Shown here one piece after another: positions 49,340-64,000 of a stretch of DNA of 64,000 nucleotides; the first letter of the stretch is position 1, and the number at the start of each line of letters is the position of its first letter. The notes beneath the pieces are model-generated. The model had not been told where the DNA came from and made no database searches. It saw only the letters and a program-made list of their open reading frames with translations. This DNA comes from Macrostomum lignano (taxonomy: Eukaryota). A program made the position numbers and the translations under genes. The stretch spans positions 248,001 to 312,000 of the forward strand of contig NIVC01000983.1 in NCBI GenBank assembly GCA_002269645.1. Reading direction: 5' to 3'.

Positions 49340-50809
49340 CACAGCAGCCATGTTGTTAATATTGAATGGGTTCACACTTAGAAACACTGTGGGTGGCCAT
49401 GTCAAATATTGGAGCTTATAGGCATGGCTGCTATGCATGTATATAATCATTGATTGGATAAAAAGATCAATCAATTGAAAAGTCTAAGATTTTTATTTGA
49501 AATTAAAAAAATAAAATTTTATAAATTTTTAATAGTAACAAAAAAAATTTAAAGTGCAGCCACAATTATTTATTTGTAGCTACTGAAAAAGAAATATTTT
49601 TTCAATATATATTGGCCCCACTTTAAGATTCAGTATTTTTCTAATTAAAAAATGAATTTAATTTAATTTATTCATTATTTTATTTTAATTAAAAAACTTA
49701 GAAAGTTCAAGACAAAAAAATCTATTTGCTAGAAAAATTCAAATTAAAAAAAAAACCTCCAACCACTTGGTATTTGAACCTTGCTACACACAATCACAAG
49801 GCAATCATCTTATCCACTAAGCCACCATTTGATTGTGAGAGAGCCTTATAGAACATGCATTTTATATCGATGATTATAGCTGTGCCTATAAGCTCAAATA
49901 TTATAGACACGGCTGCCATGCCTATAGTACTCCATTTATAAAAATACAAAATATGTATAAGAAACTAGAAAAATATATCTTTCAAATGAAATAACTCCTA
50001 AGCAAAAAAATTATATGTTCTAGGAGTAGTGATCATTCAAACATTATACATTTTTCCTATACACATAAATTGGTACCACAAAATACTATGGCAATCACTA
50101 AAAAGGACTTTAAACGGATTCATTTTTCACACTAAAAGGGCCATTTAAACAAAGTTTAATGATAGAAATGCAAAGTTAGATAGTTAAAGGTCCAAAAAGT
50201 GCTTTTGCAGAAAAAAATTATTGTTCTTATTTGGCTCATGTAAAAATTTAAAAATTGAATAACTTTTTTATTGCATTTTGCATGATTCTAAATGCTGTTT
50301 TTAATGCACCTTTACAAAATGAACACATGAAAAACTGTTTGTTTGTGTGTCTTTTCACTTAAAAGTTATCAAGCTTTCTTTAGGCACATTTTTTGCCTAT
50401 ATCCGCCATGTATTTTTTATCTAAGAACTGAAAATTGGTTTTTTTATAGATGACTTCATTTTGCAAACTTTTTATATATTGTCTTTAAGAAAGTATGATC
50501 AATAAACACATTTTTTAGCAACATCCGCTTTCATTTTAAATGTCTCACTTCTTTGCAATAATGATTTTTTTATTTTTGGTGAACATGAGCATTTGCACTA
50601 CTCCTACTTATGCAGAAAAAAATATACAGATTTATTATTCTACATGCCATTTCTTTAATGCATTTGAATATATTATAGATAAACTATTAACCAATGTGAC
50701 TTAGCAAACATCAACCCTCCTACCTGGCCTAGGCAAATAGACAAACCCTCTAGCCAATCAGAATATAAGAATACTAACTTGCATACAAGCTGCAAAAACA
50801 ACAAGGAGA

Positions 50810-51120
50810 ACATAGAAAAATAAAAAGAGAAAAAAGAGAAATTATTAAAGAAGAAAAATGAGAGATGAGAGAGAAGAGTGGTCAGGGAAGAGATGAGAGA
50901 AGAAAGGAAAAGAGGAAAAGAAAGAGATAAGAATAAAGATGAAAAGGAAAATAAAAAAGAATAGAAAAGAAATGAGATAAAACAGATAAAAGAGAGGAAA
51001 GATGAGAGAAGGTATATAAGAGAAGGAGAGAAGAGGGACAAAGGCAAAAAGAGGAAACAGAAAAGAAGATAAGTTTTGAAGGATCCAAGGGATATAAGAA
51101 GAATTAGAGGCAGAAGCCAA
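50810..51120. repeat. Purine-rich (A/G) low-complexity tract
   Basis: About 300 bp of almost only A and G on the plus strand; its complement gives spurious Phe/Leu/Ser-rich ORFs. Confidence 0.8.
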
Positions 51121-53166
51121 AGTTTGCCAATACATGTTTCAGTTTTCCAATCAGATAGATATTGTTTAATATTATGCACAGTATTCTAGCCAATAATATC
51201 AATTTTTGCCTCAAATCTTATATTTATAGTTTATATAACTATATTCCATTTTATATTTACCTCTATCTTACTAACTATAAACAAGTTTTTGTTTGAGAAT
51301 GGATTTCAGAATACATGCAAAAATAGTTCCAAGGGTTAGAATTCCTAGGTTCAAAATCTGTGGGTTTGAACAGCTTCAATAACAGTAGTTTCAGATTATT
51401 ATTTAAACAGTTATTGTAATATAAACAATAATTTTATAAAACAAAGACAAATCTCTATGGTAATTTTCTACCAAAACTAATATATTATATAATGGTTATT
51501 ATCTAAGAGAGGATATTATCTGTTGCGCATGTATGAGTTGGGTTATAAGCTAAGCTAGATTAGTTCAATGATAAAACTACTAAAAAGTTAGGTTTACTAT
51601 TGTAATAATTTATTTAAAATATTTTTTATTAATTTTTTTATTAGTTTATTTATTTAGCCTTATTGTTTAAATTGCAAGTATGTTAATTAACTTTGCTAAA
51701 AGTTTTGTATTGATTATAAAAATATAACTAAATTCTGAGGTATTTTCTCAAAAAATATCCAAAGCATTTTTGTCCAATTAGTTGATAGTAGTTTCATTAA
51801 ATTCAAAGGGCAAAAATAATACATTTTAAATTAAGTACATAGGTTATTGTTTTCTCTATTAAGTTAAAATTAATGTTTTTGATTTGTTTATTATTGCTTT
51901 GCTAAAATATGTTAAAATGTATTTAAAATTAAATTTAATTATTATTAAAAGAATGTGTTTCTAAGAACCAATATAAATTCAATATACAAAACAACAAATT
52001 TTATTTAAAAAATAATCAAATTTATTGTTCTTGAATAGCAGATCACTTAAACTAATGCATTTAAAGTATTGTTTCAATTTTTCTAATTTAAGAAATGTGC
52101 TTCACATTGATCTATTCATTTTATAATTATTTATCTTCCTCTATCCTATCAGAGACATACTTTACTATGACCCTCTATAGGCTTTGTTGATAATAAGTAA
52201 GGTTGCTTTTTGATGATTTTGCATTAATTTAGCAAAGCATCAACCATCTAATATGTCTGAAATGTTTATTTCAATTTCATTGTAAAATCATGATAATATT
52301 TACTTCAGGGGCGGATTGAAGGGGGGGGCCCAAATAGCTTGAAAGAACATATTGTGCCCCCCAAAACCTGAGTTTGCACCCCATACGTACGCATTTTTTG
52401 TGCCTCGTAGCTTAAAAATTGGTGCCCACTTATACTTGTGTTGGTGCCCCAAACTTGGACTGCCCCCCTCCAAATTTTATGGATCTAATAATCTACCTAT
52501 ATTAAGTTAATACTAATTGTTGGTTAACAAAGATAATAAAAGTCAATAGACAAAATCAACATGACCTATAGCTATAACTATAGACCTTAAATTATATTTG
52601 CATCATTCTTAATATAGAATATGGCTAGACTGACCTGTTGGTTGCATAGTACTTCTAGTACAAATACTACAAAGCCTTTGGGTAATTTCCTTACTGGAGA
52701 TATTGCCTTTGATATATTTATGGCATTGCATTTATTCGTAGGCTTATCTCACTTTGGTAGTGACTGCAATCTGTAATTATAACTTATAGCAGCTATGCTA
52801 GTTGTTTTCTATAGTACTATTGTTGGCAATTAAGCATTTGTATATTTTATTGAAAAATATCTCTCTACCCTTCTTGGCTTCTGCATTTTCCAGTTTTGCT
52901 TCTTTGCACTACTTTTTCTTTTCCTTTTCATTCTTTGTTTCTGTGCTTCCTTGTCTCTTTTGAGTTTTGTAATTTTGTAAACTATCCTTGGTCAGCCATG
53001 GTTCTGCCATAGTGTCATAGTCAGCCTTGAACCCATAGTTTCTATTTAGATTGGTACTATTTTTAGTGTTATAATTATGCGTGACTTGAATTTTCTGTGC
53101 GCTGCACGCGCCAGCAAGCACAAGGTGTCGGCGGCGTCGGTGGCAGCGCCTGCGCCATCTTCACCA

Positions 53167-56100
53167 ATGTCGCGTTCTACAACAGCCACAACAGCGGACC
53201 TCTCTTTGTTGTCCAGCGGCTCGTCGCACATGCTGCGCGGCCTGTCAGCATCGGCATCCACTCGCTGCCTGCTCCACCTGAGACTGACCGACGCCGCACT
53301 GCGCTCCCTGGTACAGTTGGCCGGCGATGCCAGCGTCAACTTTGTTGAATCGTCAACAAATGGCGTTGTAGGATTTCTCAGCCTGTCGGACGGTAGTCGG
53401 CTCAATTTGATGTCGAATGACCCGTCTGAGGATCATCGGCCAACAGATCTGGTGCGATTCTCCCATAAATCCCAATCGGCTACTCGGCTGGGCCGATTGC
53501 GGCGGAGACTGACGGTGGACGCTGCGGCTCAGCAGTTGTCTATGGCGGCGGCCTCCTCAGTCACCTCATCGGTGAGTGCTGGATAGCATCATCGGGCATG
53601 CCGAGTCCTACTTCCAGAACCTTGCAATGCTCAGCCAGAATCCCCGATCCTCATGATGCTCAGCCAGAATCCCAGATCCTCATGATGCTCAGCCAGAATC
53701 CCAGATCCTCATGATGCTCAGCCAGAATCCCAGATCCTCATGTTGCTCAGCCAGAATCCCAGATCCTCCTGATGCTCAGCCAGAATCCCAGATCCTCATG
53801 ATGCTCAGCCAGAATCCCAGATCCTAATGATGCTCAGCCAGAATCCCAGATCCTCATGATGCTCAGCCAGAATCCCAGACCCTCATATTGCTCAGCCAGA
53901 ATCCCAGATCCTCCTGATGCTCAGCCAGAATCCCAGATCCTCATGGTGCTCAGCCAGAATCCCAGATCCTAATGATGCTCAGGCAGAATCCCAGATCCTC
54001 CTGATGCTCAGGCAGAATCCCAGATCCTCCTGATGCTCAGCCAGAATCCCAGATCCTCATGATTTTCAGCTAGAATCCCAGACCCTCTGCCCTCATGATT
54101 TTCAGCTAGAATCCCAGATCCTCATGATGCTCAGCCAGAATCCCAGATCCTCCTGATGCTCAGCCAGATTCCCAGATCCTCATGATGCTCAGCCAGAATC
54201 CCAGATCCTAATGATGCTCAGCCAGAATCCCAGATCCTCCTGATGCTCAGCCAGAATCCCAGATCCTCCTGATGCTCAGCCAGAATCCCAGATCCTAATG
54301 ATGCTCAGCCAGAATCCCAGATCCTCATGATGCTCAGCCAGAATCCCCAGATCCGCCATCAGGATCCCGTCGATGCTTATCTAGATAGAAAATTCCAAAA
54401 TTAGATGACCCCGATTCCACAATCTCTCTCAGGCCCACTTGGCGACTGAGCCGACGCTGCGCGATCGCCTTCTGCACCTGCTGGCTGCCAGGCCGCTGAC
54501 TCGGCCGGAGCTGCTGGCCCGACTTCGCGCCGACGGCTTCGCCCAGCCCGATCCGGTGGCCGTGGCCAGCCTGCTAGCCCAGCTGGCTAAACTGCAGGGC
54601 GAAGGTCGCGGATACGGCCTACGACCATGCATGTACCGGGAGGTCCGGCCGGACAGCTGGCCGGGCTACTCGGACACCGAACGAGTGCTGGTTAAACGCC
54701 GAGCTGCAGAGGCCGCAGCCGCCGTCGCTGCTTCTACAACCGCATCTACGGGCAAAGAGAAATCAGGTTGGTAGCGCTGTGTCTTAATCCAGGATTCGAA
54801 CCAAGGACTGAAAATGCGTTGTACTGACTTTTGACCTAAGTTTTTAGCCTCAGTACAGCTTCGGTACAGTTTGTGTCTTCTCTTTTATTCATTGCAGTTG
54901 CCGAGTGCTCAAATTTCGACCGGGCATCTTCATCCGGTGTCCGTAGCGGCAGCGGGGGCAGCAGCGGCAGTAGCAAAGCAAAACTCAATAATGTCAACAA
55001 TAACAATAATAACAACAGTAAGAATAACAACGGCGAGGAATGCTGCCAAATTGATATTGCCAATCTGGCCAACTGCGATCTAGTCGACCTAGCCATGGAT
55101 ATTGACGTCAGCGACGAGGACTTGGACGAAGATGACGACATTGAAGATCCGTTTAATGAGGACGAGTGCAGCGGCACCGACGTGCCGGACGACTCAACAG
55201 CCAGCGTCGACACCGGCGAGACCGGTCGATGGCATCAGAGGCGACGCCAAAGACGAGGACAATCGGCGAATGCCGCCAGGCTGAAGCCAATTCGCAGTGT
55301 AGCTCAGCGGACTGCTTATAAGGTCAGTCAACGACTGAGCTGCCCGATCCCACCGTCAGGATCAAGACATCCCGGATCCCCATCATCGGGATCACAACAT
55401 CCCGAATCCCCATCATCGGGATCACAACATCCCGGATCCCCATCATCGGGATCACAGCATCATGGATACCCATCATCGGGATCACAGCATCATGGATACC
55501 CATCATCGGGATCACAGCATCCCGGATCCCCATCATTGGGATCACTGCATCCTGGATACCCATCATCGGGATCACAGCATCCCGGATCCCCATCATTGGG
55601 ATCACAGCATCCCGGATCCCCATCATTGGGATCACAGCATCCCGGATCCCTATCATCGATTACAGCATCCCGGATCCCCATCATCGGGATCACAGCATCC
55701 CAGATCTCCATTATCAGAATCACAGCGTCCTAGATCCTCTTCATTAGAATCACAGCAACCCAGATATTCATCATCAGAATCACAACATCCCAGATCTCCA
55801 TCATCAGAATCACAGCATCCCAGACCTCCATCATCAGAATCACAGCATCCCAGACCTCCATCATCAGAATCACAGCATCACAAATTCCCATCATCAGAAT
55901 CACAGCATCCCAGACCTCCATCATCAGAATCACAGCATCACAAATTCCCATCATCAGAATCACAGCATCCCAGACCTCCATCAGAATCGCAGCATCCCAG
56001 ATATGCATAATCAGAATCACAGCAACCCAGATCTCCATCATCAGAATCACAACATCCCAGACCCCCATCATCAGAATCGCAGCATACCAGATCATGAAAA

Positions 56101-56408
56101 ATCTTGGCCCGCAGTCGCTGTACGACCGTCACTATCCCGAATATCGCCGCCTGTGGGAGCGAGTTCGTTCAGTCTCGGACGAGGCCGCAGTCCTGGAGAC
56201 TCGCCTGGCGGGCAGCCGGCCCGGCAGCCTAGCGCACTCTGAGGCCAGCGCAGCGATTGTCCGCCTGTACCAGCGCTATCGATACGATGCTGGATTCCGC
56301 GGCGACACCAGACGATGCGGCCGATTGCAACGACGATTGAAACGATTGCGACAGATGATTGAAAATTTCGATGCCGCATCGGGCGAGGAATCTGCACGAG
56401 CCGAATGA
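53167..56408 (+). CDS. ELL: RNA polymerase II elongation factor ELL, about 485 aa (alternative in-frame ATG at 53077)
   Basis: Exons 53167-53571, 54433-54766, 54898-55322 and 56115-56408, phase-consistent. N-domain LHLRLTDAALRSL; central LRDRLLHLLAARPLTRPELLARL...CMYREVRPDSWPGYS; occludin-homology end PIRSVAQRTAYK|SLYDRHYPEYRRL...RLKRLRQMIENFD. Confidence 0.88.
53625..54352. repeat. 29-bp minisatellite (ELL intron 1)
   Basis: Unit TGATGCTCAGCCAGAATCCCAGATCCTCA, about 24 copies. Confidence 0.95.
55345..56092. repeat. 30-bp minisatellite (ELL intron 3), two sequence variants
   Basis: CATCATCGGGATCACAGCATCCCGGATCCC grading into CATCATCAGAATCACAGCATCCCAGACCTC, about 25 copies. Confidence 0.93.
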
Positions 56409-56489
56409 CCGTCAGAGTTTGTATATCATATTGTTTATGGCAGCCCATAGTTTGAGTGTCCCAGTTTGACTGCTGAGCATTTGACTGGT

Positions 56490-56742
56490 TAGGGGTTAAA
56501 GGGTTAGGGTTTTGGTTACTTTATGGGTTACAGTTAGGGTTACGGCTACGGTTTGGTTAGGGTTAAGGCTACGGTTTGGTTAGGGTTAAGGCTACGGTTT
56601 GGTTAGGGTTAAGGCTACGGTTTGGTTAGGGTTACGGCTACGGTTTGGTTAGGGTTACGGCTACGGTTTGGTTAGGGTTACGGCTACGGTTTGGTTAGGG
56701 TTACGGCTACGGTTTGGTTAGGGTTACGGCTACGGTTTGGTT
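56490..56742. repeat. 23-bp TTAGGG-containing tandem repeat downstream of ELL
   Basis: Unit GGTTAGGGTTA(A/C)GGCTACGGTTT, about 9 copies, bracketed by inverted TTTGACTGC and GCAGTCAAA. Confidence 0.88.
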
Positions 56743-58599
56743 CGTTCGGCAGTCAAATTTTGACCCATTGTTTACATTGTTTATACACAATCGACAGTTG
56801 TCGTTTGTGCTGCTGATTTTGTCGTTCAACTCAGGTTCTCCGCATTCTTTAGAGATGAAAACAGAATTTCTCAAATAGGTTTCCTGTGTTGCTTTGTTAA
56901 CTCTCTTCATCTGTCTGGTAGGAAACTGGTTAAACAGTTACCGGTCTGATTTTTATATATTTATATTGTGTTTAAATTCTATCTCGAAAAAAACAACCGA
57001 TGCTAATTAAGTCACTGGATGGGCATGGAGTTTTAAAAATAGCATTTGGAATGAATTAGACATTTGATATACAGCATAGCTCTATGTCAAATTTTTATTT
57101 TAATTGCGGCGTAGCTTCCTACATGTAGTAAAGCAATCAGAGAACATCGAGCGCTCGATATTCTCCGAAAGCAATTCAAACCAACTGACGCACACCTACT
57201 TTCTACATTTCATTGTCAAATGCTATTTTTAGAAGTCCATGGCTAGCCCGTAAAATTTATTGAAAGCTGAATTAGGGTTTCGACCATAGACTGTCGTTTG
57301 GCAATAGGTTAATCTTAGCCACAAAGTGTGTCTATATATTGAGGTAAAGTTATATTGAAACGATTTTGTCTATGGTGAAAACTCTGCTCTACTGGCAAAA
57401 AAATGCAAAATTACAGAAAATATGCATTGATGTTAAACGAATTTTCTCGCTGCAAACTTTGATATAAGTACAAGTTTGAATATTCAGGTTAAAAACTTTG
57501 CCAACAGTAAAACTCATCATCTCTGTTTGTGTACAAAGCTATTGTTTTTTTCACAATTTTTATCGTCTATTTTCTCATTCATCTGTTAAGTAATCAAACT
57601 TGCATTACTAACATTATAAACACTTCATTAGCATATTGAAGCCTTCAAAATTTCATATTTTTGTTTTGTGTATCAAAGAGTTTGAGTTAGGTTTGGTTTA
57701 TGGCTTAGGTTAGGGTTATGTTTTAGGTTAGAGTTAGGTTCGGCAGTGAGTATGTGGCAGTCACAGTAGGTAAAAATGGCAATTTACTAATTATCCTATA
57801 TATTGCATCAATTTATATTTGCAAGAATATATTTGTCGCATTTAAAATATTATAGTGATTTCATAGCCTGCCAATTATTTTGCGCTTATTCATATTACAT
57901 CATTAAGATATTATTATTATTATTCACTTATTAGTTAATGCAATCAAACCTGTTAATTAGCCAGAAGCGCTTTGAATTTGTGTGTGTGTGTGTGTGTGTG
58001 TACATACCTAGTTGGCAACTACATAAACGTATTATTTCTTGTTTTTGCACGTTACTATAGTCTGCTTGCTTGTTTAAATGCAAAATCTATTTTTTTATCT
58101 TCATTGTTCCAACTTAAATTTGCCTTCTTGCTCATCGAACTTCATGAGTTGATCATAAAGTGACGGTTTTGTTTATATCTTTTTTTCTATTTTCTACTCG
58201 CTAATTGGTTTGTTTATATATTTTTGTATTTTTCTCTGTTTTTTAACGGCAGCAGTCTTACCTTTGTTAATACTGTTCTGTAGCTGCTACCAGTACTAAC
58301 TTTAGCCCATTGCTAATTTTTACATGCATATATTTTTGACCGATTGGTGGTTTAAATGAGTTTTGCATATTAGGCAGACTATTTTTTTCTGCCAACTTTT
58401 TGTTTTTGCACTTTTCTCACTGTAGAAAGATGTCAAATGCAAGATAAACTGAGCAGGTCAACAGGTTTTCTTTGGTCTTTGGTTTCTTAAAAAAATTATT
58501 CAATAATTCAGCTTGCTGTGTGCTTCTAAAACTGGGGGTTTGACTCGATTTCAATTCAGGCATTGTTATTTGCGCACTTGTATTTTAGCCAGCTTATAT

Positions 58600-59045
58600 C
58601 ACAGATACTAGAATAACTAGATAAGCCACTCAGCACATTTGCGTTCAAGCTACTTTCAGTTCACAGGGTAAACAGAAGCATTTTAATGTATTTTTAAAGT
58701 CAAGGCTCATTTTTTGGCTCTTACCCCACTCCCCGCCCCAGCTTAAACCCAAGGACGACTTGCTTAAACCCTCAAACCACGCTTTACCCCCCCCCCCGCC
58801 TTGCCCTATTTTTATTGCCTTTCTCGGAATTCCAGCCTAAAGCTGCCATGTACATTTCAGTGGACTGGCTAATGTACATTATGGCTGAACCAATTAGCAA
58901 GCTTTTTACGCCTGCAAGCTTGTAGGCTTCTAAACTTATCGAAGTCTTTTCACTTTTCATCGAAGTGTATTCTTCCTGGCTACTGAACTGAAAGTAGAAA
59001 GCTGTTTTGCTAAGCATATATGCCCGAGTGGCCTATCTATCTGTG
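58600..59045. mobile_element. hAT-like MITE (CACAGATAC family), inverted relative to 29097-29555
   Basis: Starts CACAGATACTAGAATAAC and ends TATCTGTG; TSD GCTTATAT/GCTGATAT; collinear with the reverse complement of the 29-kb copy. Confidence 0.75.
58750..58762. mobile_element. P-element excision footprint (13 bp)
   Basis: CAAGGACGACTTG between perfect direct repeats CTTAAACC (58742-58749 and 58763-58770). The paralogous MITE at about 29402 has a single CGTAAACC (empty site). Confidence 0.8.
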
Positions 59046-59394
59046 GCTGATATAAAGTACTGAGATGGCTTAATATACTGCACTGAAACAGCTGCGCGTC
59101 TCTATGGTAACCGATGCCTTGCCTACAGTGTATCACATTGAATCCCTTTTCCCTCCACCACCGATACTAAATGCCTCATTGGACGGTTGCTCGCCTTGAG
59201 ACTCAGTGCTTGTTTGCTTTAGCCGGATAACTCTAAATAAATGAGTGTAAAAAATCATAATTATCTGCAGTTATTAGTAGCCAAGTACAGAATGTTAGGT
59301 ATCGCTGTGTTCGTTTTCATTGGATTGGAGTTCAATGCATGCAGCTAGGCATAAGATTAAATTCTTCCTTTTGTAGGATTCACTGTCACCCTTC

Positions 59395-59955
59395 TTAGAC
59401 CCTCAGTTGCTGGGCCAGCTTCTCAAATCCCCAGTTGCTGGGCCATCCACTCAGATCCTCAGTTGCTGGGCCAGCTTCTCAGATCATCAGTTGTTAGGCC
59501 ATCCTCTCAGATCCTCAGTTGTTAGGCCATCCTCTCAGATCCTCAGTTGCTGGGCCAGCTTCTCAGATCTTCAGTTGCTGGGCCAGCCTCCCAGAGTGTC
59601 AGTTGCTGAGCCAGCCTCCCAGATACTCAGTTGCTGGGCAAGCTTCTCAAATCTTTAGTTGCTGGGCCAGCTTCTCATATCTTCAGTTGCTGGGCTAGCC
59701 TCCCAGAGTGTCAGTTGCTAGGCCAGCCTCCCAGAGTGTCAGTTGCTAGGCCAGCCTCCCAGAGTGTCAGTTGCTAGGCCAGCCTCCCAGAGTGTCAGTT
59801 GCTAGGCCAGCCTCCCAGAGTGTCAGTTGCTAGGCCAGCCTCCCAGAGTGTCAGTTGCTAGGCCAGCCTCCCAGAGTGTCAGTTGCTTCAGATCCCAGCC
59901 TCCCAGAGTGTCAGTTGCTTCAGATCCCAGCCTCCCAGATCCTCAGTTGCTGGGC
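59395..59955. repeat. 28-bp minisatellite upstream of KAT5
   Basis: Unit GGCCAGCCTCCCAGAGTGTCAGTTGCTA and diverged variants, about 19 copies. Confidence 0.9.
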
Positions 59956-60006
59956 CACAGACGCTACCCTATTCTCTATAACCTACCCTATTCTCTATAG
60001 CGTTAG

Positions 60007-62521
<2,515 letters not shown>

Positions 62522-62627
62522 AGATGCAACTTAATGGCTTGTCTAATTTTATAATATGCTAATTAGCCAGCGTGGATTGTTTCTGAACAAATATATCGCA
62601 GCTTGTCCTGCAATCTGGGTTTCTAGG

Positions 62628-63468
62628 TAGACCCAGAGATGTAGGGAGACAATTAGAGATAGACCCAGAGATGTAGGGAGACGATAGACCCAGAGATGTA
62701 GGGAGACAATTAGAGATAGACCCAGAGATGTAGGGAGACGATAGACCCAGAGATGTAGGGAGACAATTAGAGATAGACCCAGAGATCTAGGGAGACAATT
62801 AGAGATAGACCCAGAGATGTAGGGAGACAGTTAGAGATAGACCCAGAGATCTAGGGAGACAATTAGAGATAGACCCAGAGATCTAGGAAGACAATTAGAG
62901 ATCGACCGAGAGATGTAGGGAGACAAATAGAGATCGACCGTGAGATGTAGGGAGACAGTTAGAGATAGACCTAGAGATGTAGGGAGACAATTAGAGATAG
63001 ACCCAGAGATGTAGGGAGACAATTACAGATCGACCGAGAGATGTAGGGAGACAATTAGAGATAGACCCAGAGATGTAATGAGACAATTAGAGATAGACCC
63101 AGAGATGTAATGAGACAATTAGAGATAGACCCAGAGATGTAGGGAGACAGTTAGAGATAGACCCAGAGATGTAGGGAGTCAGTTAGAGATAGACCCAGAG
63201 ATGTAGGGAGACAATTAGAGATCGACCCAGAGATGTAGGGAGACAATTAGAGATAGACCCAGAGATGTAGGGAGACAATTAGAGATCGACCCAGAGATGC
63301 AGGAGACAGTTAGAGATAGACCAGAGATGTAGGGAGACAATTAGAGATAGACCCAGAGATGTAGGGAGACAATTAGAGATAGACCCAGAGATGTAGGGAG
63401 ACAATTAGAGATAGACCAGAGATGTAGGGAGACAATTAGAGATCGACCCAGAGATGTAGGGAGACAAT
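62628..63468. repeat. 32-bp minisatellite downstream of KAT5
   Basis: Unit TAGACCCAGAGATGTAGGGAGACAATTAGAGA, about 26 copies. Confidence 0.95.
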
Positions 63469-64000
63469 TGATTTTTTTCTTTAATCTCACCTTCCCACTT
63501 AGGCTTATCCCGTAGGAGTTTTGCTAGATCTTGTATCCCAATATTTGTTATTTATTGTCTTTTGTGTTGGAAAAACTTCGACTGTGAGGCGACTCCTTTG
63601 TGTTTTTAGTCTCTAGAAAGGCATAGCCAACTATTAATTCTATGAGATTATAACCCGTTAGGTTATTAGTTCAGCTACCGGCTCGTAAATATAGAGACTA
63701 AGTAATTCCTTGAAGTCAAAATTTAATTTATATACTACTTTTTCTGTTTTGGTCTATAAAATTTAGTATCGGTTGGCCAGCTGACTTGTACTTCTACTTA
63801 AAGTAGTAAGTAGCTGTCTTAACGATTTTTATACTGTTGTAAATAAAAGTAGGCTGGTTGTCACCGAGCACTGGCAGTTCCTGTATATCATGGTTATATT
63901 TACTAGTATATTTATTTATTATATGCACACTTGTTCAGTGTGCTCTTTGTGTTTGTTAATTTTGACAATAAAATTGCAATGACGTTACTGCTACCCTGTA

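Noticed and set aside
50673-51179. 168-aa hydrophobic ORF resembling a membrane protein
   Set aside because: It is the complement of an A/G low-complexity tract and is almost only Phe, Leu and Ser.
51521-51535. Solo TGTTGCGCATGTATG end of the CATACATG MITE family
   Set aside because: No matching left TIR or TSD was found; at most a truncated remnant.
52306-52480. CAGGGGCGGAT-starting GC-rich island resembling a hAT MITE
   Set aside because: The right TIR and TSD could not be identified, so it was not listed as a feature.

Overview
Eukaryotic (invertebrate) genomic DNA: GC-rich exons in an AT-rich, repeat-dense background. The style resembles Macrostomum-type flatworm assemblies (inference only). 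Ten conserved housekeeping genes can be built with consistent splice phases, in four co-oriented blocks. Minus strand: SPOP-like MATH-BTB then RNF10 (3' end off-window). Plus strand: PSMF1, SUGT1, HIBCH, MRPL22, calumenin-like. Minus strand: SEC62. Plus strand: ELL, KAT5/Tip60. Most longer introns and intergenic gaps carry their own minisatellite, which explains most of the long ORFs in the track. DNA transposons could be delimited by terminal inverted repeats (TIRs) and target-site duplications (TSDs): two CCC-ended elements with 2-bp TSDs (CACTA/EnSpm-like), a decayed THAP/P-element, a P-type MITE, two apparent P-element excision footprints and several 8-bp-TSD MITE families (often nested). 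There are also two tRNA-derived SINEs. Most notable: the P-element footprints; a possible operon-like, trans-spliced cluster in which HIBCH may take its start AUG from a spliced leader; minisatellites seeded from transposon or SINE ends; a +1 frameshift in MRPL22; and a GC-AG intron in KAT5. No CRISPR array, rRNA or genuine tRNA gene is supported.
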